Source: Pseudomonadota bacterium (GTDB lineage: Bacteria > Bdellovibrionota_B > Oligoflexia > Silvanigrellales > Silvanigrellaceae). From it: a stretch of DNA of 64,000 bases. Shown piece after piece: positions 49,158 to 58,924 of the stretch. The translations under genes were made by a program, and so were the position numbers. A model generated the notes under the pieces. That model was not told where the DNA came from and did not search any database. It saw only the letters and a list, made by a program, of their open reading frames with translations. Each line of letters opens with the position of its first letter. Position 1 is the first letter of the stretch. The stretch lies in the NCBI GenBank assembly GCA_039799905.1, contig JBDLRP010000006.1, forward strand, positions 1 through 64,000, in the 5' to 3' direction.

Positions 49158-51158
49158 TTGACGCCTGACCACGCCTCATCCAATACAAAACAGACCGACT
49201 CAGGCAAACGCGGCCCGTCAGCCCGTACATCCGAGAGACCCTCACACAAATTTCCGATCAGTCAGTCGCAACGGCCGGCATGGATTACCAAACAGCCGCG
49301 CAGTCTGCAGTTTATCTTTTTTGATTTGGAAACGACGGGCGGGAATCCATCAAACAGCGAAGTCATCGAGATTGCGGCCATCAAGGAACGTGATGGAAAA
49401 GTCATTGGCCGCTTCCAGACGCTCATCAACCCACGCAGACACATTCCGCGGCCGGTGCGAGAAATAACGGGCATCGATCAATCCATGGTGCGCGATGCGC
49501 CGGTCATCGAGGACGTCATTGACGAGCTCATGGAATTTGTCGGCGACAGCATCCTCGTTTCTCACGGCGTGCTGAACGACTTTTCATTTATTGCGCATTA
49601 CGCGCGCAAGCTGCGGGCAAAAGAGCTTCCGAATTTTTACGTCTGCACGCACTTACTTGTCTCCAACTTCATGCCCAATATTCCCGTCAAGAGCCTTTCG
49701 GGTGTGGCAAGTTACTTCGGGCTTAATGTCGGCAACGCACACCGCGCGATGGCCGACGCTGAAATGACGAGAGATGTCTTCTGGGAAATTCAAAAAGTCT
49801 GCGAAAAAAATGGATTCAAATCGTTTGAAGATCTGTTGAAGATTCAAGCAGACAATCAAACGCTCAACCGGCTCGGTCCCGGATTGCTGTCGCATCATGT
49901 CGAAAAGGCACCCAGCACCCCCGGGCTGCTTTACCTTTTCAATTCCTCACGTGAAGTTGCCTATATGTCGGCTACGCCGAACATGAGAAAATCGCTCATG
50001 AACGTGACCGAACTGAGCGACGAACGCGACTTCAACCGCCTCTTGGTCGATGTAACAGACTTTAAATTCGAACGAACGGCACACTTTTTGGCAGCGCTAC
50101 TGCAGGAAAAGAAGGAACTGAAGAAACTCGAATTGTCAGTCGATCCGCGCAAGTTTGAGGGACGTGCCGACAACACAGTTCAAATTCTCATCCCCGAGGA
50201 TTTGCTGAACTACTGGATGGAAAATCCTTCGGCACTGCCGTTTTCCGCTCCCGGAAGAACTCACAAAGTTCTCGGTGAAGGCTTTCTTTTAGGCGAAGCG
50301 CGCGACGAGAACGCCGAAGACTCTGATTCCAATTCAACGTCGCGCATGGGCCTTCCTGCGGAAGAACGAAACCTTTACGTCTACGCGCATCCCGAAAACA
50401 GCGGTCGGGAAGCTCTGCGTGTGCCGATCCGCAAAACCCGCAGGTTGGTCAATGCTGTCAAGAATCCAAAATACAAGGTAACCCGCCTGGCCGACAGCAA
50501 GCGTTCGGCAGTGCACATGGGGCACCTCGTTTCTGGAACAGGCTGGTTTTTTGGCCCGGTCGAGCAACCGAAATCGACACGCAAGAAACTCGATGAACTG
50601 CTTGTCGTCTGGCCGTTTCATGACCAAACTCTTCCGCTCGAGTCGCGCGCTGACTACCTGACACACGTCATACACGTTCTTCAGGGCAAGTTTGATGAGG
50701 AAATCGAGCGCATCGCGAAAAAGAAGAACTCGGTAAAAAGCATCTTTAATCCGCTGATGCGCAGACAACTGAACCAAACGATCGAACTCATCAAGGCCTT
50801 CAAGAGCGAAGCATACGACCTGCCGTTGACAGCACGTCCGAAATCCGGCCTCGCAGTTCTGACAAACAACGACACAAAAGAACTCGATGTGGCTATCGTA
50901 GTGGGCGGCCGTATCCGCCAGCAACTCAGACTTCCCACCGAAGAGGCCGACAAACTCCGTTCAAGGCGATTCTTCACCCGTCTTATGTCGCCCTATCACG
51001 AAGATTTGTTCCGCGAAGACGATTGCATCGAATTCAACGAAGATGTCTGCAATGATTTAGAGCTTTTTGCGCATTGGTTTACAAAAAGACGTGGCGAGGG
51101 TGAATGGGTCGACTTCGAAACCCTCGCTCCGCTGTACAACCCAGAAACATCAGAATAA
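49158..51158 (+). CDS. DEDDh 3'-5' exonuclease (DnaQ-like) fused to a degenerate UvrC-type GIY-YIG region (start uncertain)
   Basis: FFDLETTG, IEIAAI, ND, HRAMAD; then PSTPGLLYLFN..VAYMS..NMRKS..ALLQE and FFGP. Confidence 0.8.
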   Translation: MTPDHASSNTKQTDSGKRGPSARTSERPSHKFPISQSQRPAWITKQPRSLQFIFFDLETTGGNPSNSEVIEIAAIKERDGKVIGRFQTLINPRRHIPRPVREITGIDQSMVRDAPVIEDVIDELMEFVGDSILVSHGVLNDFSFIAHYARKLRAKELPNFYVCTHLLVSNFMPNIPVKSLSGVASYFGLNVGNAHRAMADAEMTRDVFWEIQKVCEKNGFKSFEDLLKIQADNQTLNRLGPGLLSHHVEKAPSTPGLLYLFNSSREVAYMSATPNMRKSLMNVTELSDERDFNRLLVDVTDFKFERTAHFLAALLQEKKELKKLELSVDPRKFEGRADNTVQILIPEDLLNYWMENPSALPFSAPGRTHKVLGEGFLLGEARDENAEDSDSNSTSRMGLPAEERNLYVYAHPENSGREALRVPIRKTRRLVNAVKNPKYKVTRLADSKRSAVHMGHLVSGTGWFFGPVEQPKSTRKKLDELLVVWPFHDQTLPLESRADYLTHVIHVLQGKFDEEIERIAKKKNSVKSIFNPLMRRQLNQTIELIKAFKSEAYDLPLTARPKSGLAVLTNNDTKELDVAIVVGGRIRQQLRLPTEEADKLRSRRFFTRLMSPYHEDLFREDDCIEFNEDVCNDLELFAHWFTKRRGEGEWVDFETLAPLYNPETSE

Positions 51159-51236
51159 ACTGCACTCCATCACGCTCTCACGGCGTTCGCAGGAACACTG
51201 CGCCAACGCCGATGATCGCACTGTCGGAGTTTGCTC

Positions 51237-52349
51237 ATGAATTTTAAAATGAGTTCGATGCTGAACGCTCTCTGCCGTTCCGCCCATCGCCTGCTTCTCG
51301 TTGTCTCTGCAGTTTCGCCACTCAGTGCGCAATCCAACGAGGTCGCCAAGACACCAAACTCCACCGCATCCGCTGCAAACAAAGAGCCGACCCTGACGGC
51401 TAATACACTCGATGCAGTTATTGTGACCATTGCAGACGAACCAATGCTGCTCAGCGAGCTCCAGCGTGCAGTCTTCATCGCAAGCGAAAAGCGGACGCGA
51501 CTTTCACCGCAGGGACAACTGCTGGGAGGACAACTGTCGACGGCCGATGCCGAGATCATCCTTGAACAACTCATCAATCAGAAGATCCTTGGAATCCGCG
51601 CACGCGAGCTTGGGTTGAATCTCGGCGATGACGAACTCGACTCGGAACTGCGCGCATTCTTGCAACAACAGAACATCAGCGAAGATAAATTCCAGGAAAT
51701 TCTTCAGGCTGAGGGAGAAACGGTCGAATCGCACCGCGAGGAATTCCGCAAACAGGTCGAAACACAACGCTTCATCGGGCGCGTTATAAGGCCGCTGGTA
51801 TCCGTCACCGATGATCAAATCCGCGGCTATTACATGCAGATGAATGCCAACAAAGAAAAATCCCAGCTGGTCCGCCTGCGCCAACTGAAGATAGATTTTC
51901 CATCAGGCCTATCCGAGGAACAGAGACAGGCAAAAATCCGCGTCATTTCCGAAATCCAAAAGGATCTCAACAGCGGCAGACCATTTTCCGACCTCGTCCG
52001 ACTCCATTCAAATGCCAAAGATGCGCAGCAGACAGGCGGCGAAATCCCACCCATTCCGCTCAAAGAATTGCGTGACGAACTGCGCGTGAAAGTAATGGAG
52101 CTCATCAGAGCGCAAGGAAGTGGCGAAAAACCATCGGCATTCATTGGACCTATCGACCTAAAATCCTCTGTCTTGTTTTTTGAGTTTCTTGGAACACAGC
52201 TGGGTGATCAAAAGGAATATGAAAAGCTCAAGCCTCAGCTGGAAGCAAAGCTACTGGACATCAAACTCAGAGAGCGGCTTGATGAATACCTGCGCAACGA
52301 GCGTTTGAAAGTGAAAGTCGGCAGACGCGAGATCCGCTTTAGCAGATAA
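51237..52349 (+). CDS. SurA-like periplasmic chaperone/PPIase
   Basis: Signal peptide; SurA N-domain (LDAVIVTI, LEQLINQKI); parvulin-like FSDLVRLHS..GGEI. Confidence 0.8.
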   Translation: MNFKMSSMLNALCRSAHRLLLVVSAVSPLSAQSNEVAKTPNSTASAANKEPTLTANTLDAVIVTIADEPMLLSELQRAVFIASEKRTRLSPQGQLLGGQLSTADAEIILEQLINQKILGIRARELGLNLGDDELDSELRAFLQQQNISEDKFQEILQAEGETVESHREEFRKQVETQRFIGRVIRPLVSVTDDQIRGYYMQMNANKEKSQLVRLRQLKIDFPSGLSEEQRQAKIRVISEIQKDLNSGRPFSDLVRLHSNAKDAQQTGGEIPPIPLKELRDELRVKVMELIRAQGSGEKPSAFIGPIDLKSSVLFFEFLGTQLGDQKEYEKLKPQLEAKLLDIKLRERLDEYLRNERLKVKVGRREIRFSR

Positions 52350-52350
52350 T

Positions 52351-53469
52351 TTATTTCTTCTTGTCACCAAAAACCTGCCAGCGTTTTTTCATTTCTGCCG
52401 GCGCGGAATTTTCGTCCACCACCTGACTGAGTGGAACACTCTGCGGCGGAGCCGACAGATCGCGCGCGGTGAATGCGGGATCCACCTCGCTGACCCCGTG
52501 TGAATCACGTTCGACCCGAGTGACCCCAATCATTGATTGCGGAAACATCGAATATTCGTGGCCATCTCTTGCCACTGAAGGCTGCCCGGCTGCCGCTGAC
52601 ACACTTGTACTGCGCTGCTCTGACTCGCGTCTGGCAGAGTTTGAAAGCGTTTCGGGAACGATCTCAATCATGCTGAGCGGAACCTCAGTGCTTGAGTAAT
52701 TTGCGGGGCGATCCGCAGTGTTGTCATCTGGACCAGCCCGACGCGAGCGCTTGATGCGAACGAAAAGGCCCAGAATGATTCCAGCTCCTACCACCATCGC
52801 ACCCCAGCGAATCAGTTCTTCTGTTGTCAGTGCTTTTTCTGAGTTGGTTCCTGTCTGGGCGCCCTTGAAGTCGATGGAAATCATATATGGATAATATAGC
52901 TCAAGATTGCGATCGAAATTGAGCCGGTGGTCCGAAAGCGTGATGCGATAGCGAACCTTCTCATTTCCAGTGATAAGAATCGCCTGCCCCGCTTCAACGC
53001 CATCGGTAGTGAAGGAAACATAATAAAGGAAGGCGCTGCGTCCCGCCGGGAGATCATTGAGAATATTTTTCTGAAAGATCTGAAAGCCTGTTCCCTTGCC
53101 ATTGTATCGGACAAAACTATCTTCAATTTCCTTCGCGACTTCCTCAAGACCTTCAGGGGTAAATGACACAGGCTTGCGCACGGCCGCAACAGTTATGCTC
53201 GGGTCCGCAATCATACCTTTGGGCAATTTGATTCTGTCGGCCTTCAGTGAAGGCTTGAGTGTCACGGCGTATCTCTGCGACGAAGGTTCGGCCCTCCACT
53301 TGGGTGGAATTTTGATTGTAAATTCGAGTCCAGCTTCGCTGTGTTGGTAGACGTCTGTAGAAGCTGGCGTCGACTGTGAAAAAGCGGGCAGCGCAAAAGA
53401 CAAGGCCGCTGCAACAAGCAAAGACCAAGCAGTCTTGAACAAAGAATTTTTCAAAACCTCAGACGGCAT
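52351..53469 (-). CDS. Hypothetical single-pass membrane protein
   Basis: Signal peptide, periplasmic domain, TM helix, disordered tail. Confidence 0.7.
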   Translation of the reverse strand: MPSEVLKNSLFKTAWSLLVAAALSFALPAFSQSTPASTDVYQHSEAGLEFTIKIPPKWRAEPSSQRYAVTLKPSLKADRIKLPKGMIADPSITVAAVRKPVSFTPEGLEEVAKEIEDSFVRYNGKGTGFQIFQKNILNDLPAGRSAFLYYVSFTTDGVEAGQAILITGNEKVRYRITLSDHRLNFDRNLELYYPYMISIDFKGAQTGTNSEKALTTEELIRWGAMVVGAGIILGLFVRIKRSRRAGPDDNTADRPANYSSTEVPLSMIEIVPETLSNSARRESEQRSTSVSAAAGQPSVARDGHEYSMFPQSMIGVTRVERDSHGVSEVDPAFTARDLSAPPQSVPLSQVVDENSAPAEMKKRWQVFGDKKK

Positions 53470-55009
53470 ACTGCAGGGCCTCAGGCTGATGGACAAGTCT
53501 CAAAGAGCGCTCCACTGCACGCACCACGTCTTCACTTGTCTCGGGATCGACATCGAGAAAGAACACAGGTGATTGCGCAGAAAAATTCTCACATCCAAAA
53601 AAGTCGAGCATGGCAGTTGTCTCTCTGCCGAGCTGCAGATCGAGCGGTGTCTCGAGCTCCTGATAGCGGCCGACACAAACCGCAAGTCCGTACCGAGAGT
53701 CAGGTGTGACGTCACTGAGAGTGCACATGACACCGACCACTTGTTGTTGACCTGTGCGCCAGTCCTCGCTGCCGAATCGACGCGCAACAAGAACCAGGTC
53801 ACCCTTGTGCACGGAGTCGGGGCTTCTCATCAGAAGGTTTGCATGTTTGCGAAAATTACCAACGTCGTTGTCATCAACGGAAAGAATCCATGCGCGCGGC
53901 AGGGCTGCTTCAACTGAGGAAGCACTTTTAGCTGTATTTTTTCGCCAGTCATTGGCGTGTCCGGGTTCGGCAAGTTCGCTCAGAGCAAGGCGCAGAGGCG
54001 CTTCGGAAAGACCAAGTTTCTCGGCAGCAACGATTGCGGCTGAAATCGCCTTGACCGCCTCTTCTCGATGCTCCTCCATCCGGTAGCGTTCGTAAAGGCG
54101 CTTGCACAACGCGCCAAATGTCGCGCTGTAGTCATAGTCGTTCTGCTCAAACAAGCTGGCGGAAGACAGCAAAATATCCCGTGCCGCAAGAAGATCACCG
54201 GTCTTTTCGAGGCAACTTGCCAGCGCGATCAATGCATCGGTGTTCTCTGGATTGTCGGCGACGAGTTCCTGAAGAACACGAACTGCCTCGCTCCAATGCC
54301 CTTGTGCGACAGCAAGCCGTGCAGCTCCCCAGAATGGCTCTGGACAGCGCGGGAATCTTTCATGGATAAGTTCAAACGCGCGCGAAGCTTCCTCAAGATA
54401 ATCATTTTCCAGCGCATAAATCAGATAATTTCGCGCAAGAAAATAATTTCTGGAATTTCTCACATTGAGGGCCTGCAAATATTGCAGACCCTTTTCGCGG
54501 CGAAGACGCTGTGGCGATTCGGCATTGAAGACGGCAACCGCCTCTACATGCAGAATGCTCTTTCGCGCCGATGTTGCATTCAGAGATTTGATGATTTTGC
54601 TGCTGAAGCGACGCTCGCCGGAATAGGCAAGCGCCATAACGGCGAGCGGAAGGAAACCCTTCGAGGAGTGGCGGAGACTGATAAGGTGGCGCGCGAGCGC
54701 TTTGAGGCCAGTGAAATTGTATTCACTGCGCAGCGATTCAATCCAGAACCTGTAAAACCGGTAGGTGGCTCGGAATCCGCAGCCGGCTGCGATGATTCGA
54801 GAGGAAAGGTCTTCAACCTGATCCCAAGCTCCCTTCCAGAAGAGTAGCTCGCAGCATCTCGTTGCGTCCTTCAACTGCTCGACTGTCAGGTGGCCTCTGA
54901 GTAGTCCCCGCTCGACACGTTCAAGCAACGGTGCGATCTCCGGATTGAACGTTCCCGACGCACTGAGATTTGCATGAGGATAAAATCTGTTTCCACGGCG
55001 CTCACCCAT
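53459..55009 (-). CDS. TPR protein with C-terminal EVE/PUA-like domain
   Basis: TPR pattern (AVRVLQELVADNPENTDALIALA); C-terminal AWIL..KGDLVLV..VVGV..P. Confidence 0.65.
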   Translation of the reverse strand: MGERRGNRFYPHANLSASGTFNPEIAPLLERVERGLLRGHLTVEQLKDATRCCELLFWKGAWDQVEDLSSRIIAAGCGFRATYRFYRFWIESLRSEYNFTGLKALARHLISLRHSSKGFLPLAVMALAYSGERRFSSKIIKSLNATSARKSILHVEAVAVFNAESPQRLRREKGLQYLQALNVRNSRNYFLARNYLIYALENDYLEEASRAFELIHERFPRCPEPFWGAARLAVAQGHWSEAVRVLQELVADNPENTDALIALASCLEKTGDLLAARDILLSSASLFEQNDYDYSATFGALCKRLYERYRMEEHREEAVKAISAAIVAAEKLGLSEAPLRLALSELAEPGHANDWRKNTAKSASSVEAALPRAWILSVDDNDVGNFRKHANLLMRSPDSVHKGDLVLVARRFGSEDWRTGQQQVVGVMCTLSDVTPDSRYGLAVCVGRYQELETPLDLQLGRETTAMLDFFGCENFSAQSPVFFLDVDPETSEDVVRAVERSLRLVHQPEALQYAV

Positions 55010-55141
55010 ATGTCTCACTCCTTCCGGCTATCCTGAGGATATCAACCGGTGAAACTATCGGTGAGAAACAAAACTTCACTGAGAGCGTTCACGTCAAAGA
55101 CATTTGCCGGGATGAAAAGACGGGCAGGCAATTCGGTTCAA

Positions 55142-57604
55142 TCAGAACTCAACAACCTGATCTGCAAAGCGAAGAAACTCCTCGCGGTTCTCCAGGACGA
55201 TAAAGCTTGCACCACGGGAAACCATCATGCGCAGAAGTCGGCCGAGTGTGGAAATGTCGGGAGTGTGCAATCCGGTGCCAGGGTGAAGAAGCAAAAACCA
55301 TGCTCCTTCAAGTTGAGCTCGGCGCAATTCGAGGGTCAGTGTCAGCCGTTGTAGTTCTCCACCGCTCAACGAATCCATTCCCTGTCCCAACGTCACATAG
55401 CCAAGGCCAAATTCGAGGGCAGCGGCAAGCCTGTTTTCCACAAGCCGGACGTGGGCAAAAAATTGCCGCGCCTCGTCGAGAGTCAGATTCATGATTTCTG
55501 CAAGATTCAGGCCTTTGAATCGGGGAACCAGACTGCGCTGTGCAAGCTTTGTTCCCAAACATTCCTCACAACTGACTTCTACCGGCGGACCATATCGTTG
55601 CGGAATTTCGATGTATCCGCGCCCTTCACAGGATGTGCAGCGCCCGGCTTTTGAATTCCATGAAAAATGTGATGGTGTCAGGCCCATAATTTGCGCCTGC
55701 GGCAACTGAGCAAAGATCTCGCGTATGGGAACAAGAATATCGAGCGCCGCGGCAACTGTGCGCCTTGATGTGCGCACAAGGCTGCCGGGGCGGACGTCAT
55801 GGAGCGAATTTACCAGCAGCGGCCCCTCAGGCCGAAGTCGACAGAATTCCAGTTGCCGCGTTTCAGGCGAATCCATTTCGATAATTTTTTCAAGCGCGGG
55901 CCAAACGCACAACTCAAGAAAGGATCCTTTGCCACGCCCCGCCTCGCCGCGGATGAGAGTGAGGCTTGATTGAGGCAATCGAATGGAGGCCTTGCTCGCC
56001 GTGCGTACTTTGATGTTTTCCAGAATAAGTGCCGCTGGTTCGTTTTTTTCAGATGTGTCGGCAGCCTTGCTCTTACGACCGCGCAAGGGAGCAAGACTTG
56101 GCCGCAGAAAATATGATGCCGGATTGTTTTCAACAGTGGACTCGAACAAGGCCTTTTCTTTTGCAAGTAACATTTTATCGATGTCGGCTTGCCCTTTGAA
56201 ATGCTCGACAATCCGACCGCCCAGTCGACCCGCACCCGGACCCATCAAAAAAACTTCGTCACAGTGTTTGAGAAATTGTGGATGATGCTCAACCACAACG
56301 ACTGACGAGCCGGTTTCGACAAGGTGACGCAGGACAACGACGAGTTGGCCGACCTCGGCACTTGTGAGCCCCTGACAAGGTTCGTCCATTATATAGAGTG
56401 CACCGCGCAGGCGATTGGAAATCATCGAGGCAAGCCTGAGACGCTGCAGATCTCCGGGCGACAAGCTCCCACCATCGCGGTTGAGATTCAAATGATTCAA
56501 ACCCAGTTGACACATTGTTTCAACGAGTCTGACGGCTTCGGACAAAACCTGATTTTTTGCGCGCTGTCCGCCGGCGTCAGTGACAAAAGTACTGTTGAGC
56601 TCGAGCAAAAGGTCGGCCAATTTCAACTGGTGCAATTCTTCAAAGCGAAGACTACGCACACGGACAATCGGTCGGTTTGGATCAAGCCGCGTGCCCGAAC
56701 ATTTTTTACACGGGTACAGGTCCGCCGGTAATTCCTCATCCTGCGCGCCGGTGCCGGCACATGTTCCGCACTGTGCAAGCGACGAGTGGCTGAAGTAGCG
56801 GGGATCCAGACGTGGAGCACTTTCTCCGCACTGAGGACATGCTGATTTGGTATTGAATTTTTCAAATGCTGACTTGTTCTCGATCTTGACAACGCCCTTG
56901 CCGTATTCGATCGCCTGCGAAACAGCGCGTTCGAGTCGAGCCTGCCGTTCAGGAACAACCTGGACGGCATCAATCAAAACCTCAATGGTGTTGAGCTTCT
57001 TTGCATCAATAGTGATTTTTTGATCGTCATCCTGAAGGGAATAGCTCTCTCCGTTGATACGAATGCGCGAAAAACCGAGTTGGCGAAATTTCTCAATTTC
57101 ACTTCCGAATGCACCCTTGCGCTTTTCTACAATAGGAGCCGTGATGGTTATTTTTTCGCCGCTATACAGCTCAGAGATTTTCGCCATCAATTCACGGAAT
57201 GTCGTGGCCCGCAGCGGAATGTCACAGTTGCGACAATGAACGTCACCAAAAGCTGCAAAGTAAACACGCAACAGATCGCTCACACCTGAGATTGTTCCGA
57301 CCGTTGAGAGCTTTCCTGCGACGCCCTGACGCTGCGACAAACCCAGAGCTGGCGGCAGACCGCGGATGGCGCGAAATTTGGGGCGGACCGTTCTCGACCA
57401 AAAGGAATGCCCCATCAGCTGGACAGGTGCATGGCTAGCGTCGGCGAACCGGCGAAATGCTTCAACATAAAGCGTATCAAAGACGAGACTCGATTTTCCC
57501 GACCCGCTGACACCCGTGAAGGCAATGAGCTTGTTCTTGGGAATTCCGACATCGACGGACTGCAAATTGTGCTCATGTGCACCTTTTACCTCGATCGTCT
57601 GCAT
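55142..57604 (-). CDS. UvrA paralogue (atypical, one ATPase site degenerate)
   Basis: GAHEHNL, TGVSGSGKSS, STVGT, zinc modules, DEP, FSWNSKAGRC, LGQ..LSGGE. Confidence 0.88.
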   Translation of the reverse strand: MQTIEVKGAHEHNLQSVDVGIPKNKLIAFTGVSGSGKSSLVFDTLYVEAFRRFADASHAPVQLMGHSFWSRTVRPKFRAIRGLPPALGLSQRQGVAGKLSTVGTISGVSDLLRVYFAAFGDVHCRNCDIPLRATTFRELMAKISELYSGEKITITAPIVEKRKGAFGSEIEKFRQLGFSRIRINGESYSLQDDDQKITIDAKKLNTIEVLIDAVQVVPERQARLERAVSQAIEYGKGVVKIENKSAFEKFNTKSACPQCGESAPRLDPRYFSHSSLAQCGTCAGTGAQDEELPADLYPCKKCSGTRLDPNRPIVRVRSLRFEELHQLKLADLLLELNSTFVTDAGGQRAKNQVLSEAVRLVETMCQLGLNHLNLNRDGGSLSPGDLQRLRLASMISNRLRGALYIMDEPCQGLTSAEVGQLVVVLRHLVETGSSVVVVEHHPQFLKHCDEVFLMGPGAGRLGGRIVEHFKGQADIDKMLLAKEKALFESTVENNPASYFLRPSLAPLRGRKSKAADTSEKNEPAALILENIKVRTASKASIRLPQSSLTLIRGEAGRGKGSFLELCVWPALEKIIEMDSPETRQLEFCRLRPEGPLLVNSLHDVRPGSLVRTSRRTVAAALDILVPIREIFAQLPQAQIMGLTPSHFSWNSKAGRCTSCEGRGYIEIPQRYGPPVEVSCEECLGTKLAQRSLVPRFKGLNLAEIMNLTLDEARQFFAHVRLVENRLAAALEFGLGYVTLGQGMDSLSGGELQRLTLTLELRRAQLEGAWFLLLHPGTGLHTPDISTLGRLLRMMVSRGASFIVLENREEFLRFADQVVEF

Positions 57605-57751
57605 TTTGCCTGTTTCCTCCGCCGTCCCAACATTGACGCTGTGCGCACTATATCAGAGTCGGGTACGATTGAAGTGTCTCCCGAGGGGAGAATTATTGGG
57701 GCGTTGTAACGGAGGCTCTGCTGTCCGGTATGACCAGAGACGGATAAAAAA

Positions 57752-58915
57752 ATGATGAACGGTCAAACAAAAATGGCGAGCCCGGACGTGTCAAAACAAG
57801 TCGACTTTCAGGCAATTCTCAAAGCCCATGAACAGGGTCTGAATCAGAACGAAGGCAAACTCAGCCTCATTGCAGGTGATGCGAGTGACCGCAAATTCTA
57901 TCGCCTCGAGTCGGAAGGCTTGAATGCAATTTGTATGAAGTTTCCCAAGTGGGACGGCGGTTACGGCGGTGATCCGCTGAGTTGGCTCGGAATGCACTCA
58001 GCATTGATCGGCATCGGAATCCCGGTACCGCAGATACTTTTTGTCGACGAGAAAAACCACTGCATCTGGACAGAAGATTTCGGCGATCATTTTCTCAATT
58101 GCAACCTCGGCAACAGGGTTCTCGATGAACTTGATCCGGAGTGCAAAACGACTCTGGCTCTCTACAAAGAGGCTCTCGAACTTTTGGTCCACGTGCAATA
58201 TCCGCGCCGACATCTGCTGAACCATCCGGCGCAGGAGAGGTCATTCGATTTCGAAAAACTGATGTTCGAGATGAATTTTTTCATCACCCATTTCATTAAG
58301 GGATGGCTAGGTTTGCCATTCACCGAAAGCGACCCGCGTGACCGCGATCTGCTCAGGGAACTTGAATCTCTGTGCACCCTGTTGCAGGGAGCAGAACGGG
58401 TTCTGTGTCACCGCGATTATCACGTGCGCAACGTGATGGTTGTCGCCGGAAGCGTCAAATGGATTGATTTTCAAGACGCACGGATGGGTCCGCACACCTA
58501 CGACGTCGTCAGTCTGCTGCGCGACAGTTACACGCGCATCACACCCTCGACCCGCTCGTCATTGTTGAAATTCTATGGCGCCAAGGTGAACGAGGCACGC
58601 ACGCGGGCTGGCAAGGCATCGATGAGCAACGAAGAACTCTTTCACGAGGCGTCACTGATGGGATTGCAACGCAACGTCAAGGCGCTCGGTAGCTTTGGCT
58701 ATCTCGCAACCCAGAAACAGAAGACCTCGTACCTGAAGTACATCGGCTCCACCATCGAAACGATTCTTGCAGATGATTTTTCACGACAGGCAGGAATGAG
58801 GATCGCAGACGCATTTCCGGCGACGATTGAATTTCTTCGCGATGTTGTCCAAGGCCGCTGGAAGGCATTGTTTGAAGCGAAACTCAGGGCCTATGGTATC
58901 AACGAAACCTTTTGA
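57752..58915 (+). CDS. amgK: Anomeric MurNAc/GlcNAc kinase (APH-like phosphotransferase)
   Basis: AGDASDRKFYR, EDFGD, HRDYHVRNVM, IDFQDA, YDVVSLLRD, QRNVKALGSF. Confidence 0.85.
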   Translation: MMNGQTKMASPDVSKQVDFQAILKAHEQGLNQNEGKLSLIAGDASDRKFYRLESEGLNAICMKFPKWDGGYGGDPLSWLGMHSALIGIGIPVPQILFVDEKNHCIWTEDFGDHFLNCNLGNRVLDELDPECKTTLALYKEALELLVHVQYPRRHLLNHPAQERSFDFEKLMFEMNFFITHFIKGWLGLPFTESDPRDRDLLRELESLCTLLQGAERVLCHRDYHVRNVMVVAGSVKWIDFQDARMGPHTYDVVSLLRDSYTRITPSTRSSLLKFYGAKVNEARTRAGKASMSNEELFHEASLMGLQRNVKALGSFGYLATQKQKTSYLKYIGSTIETILADDFSRQAGMRIADAFPATIEFLRDVVQGRWKALFEAKLRAYGINETF

Positions 58916-58924
58916 GAGCAGCAC

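Noticed and set aside
55055..55080. Sigma-28-like TGAAGTTT...ACCGATAG upstream of the TPR-EVE gene
   Set aside because: The spacer is 3 nt too short.
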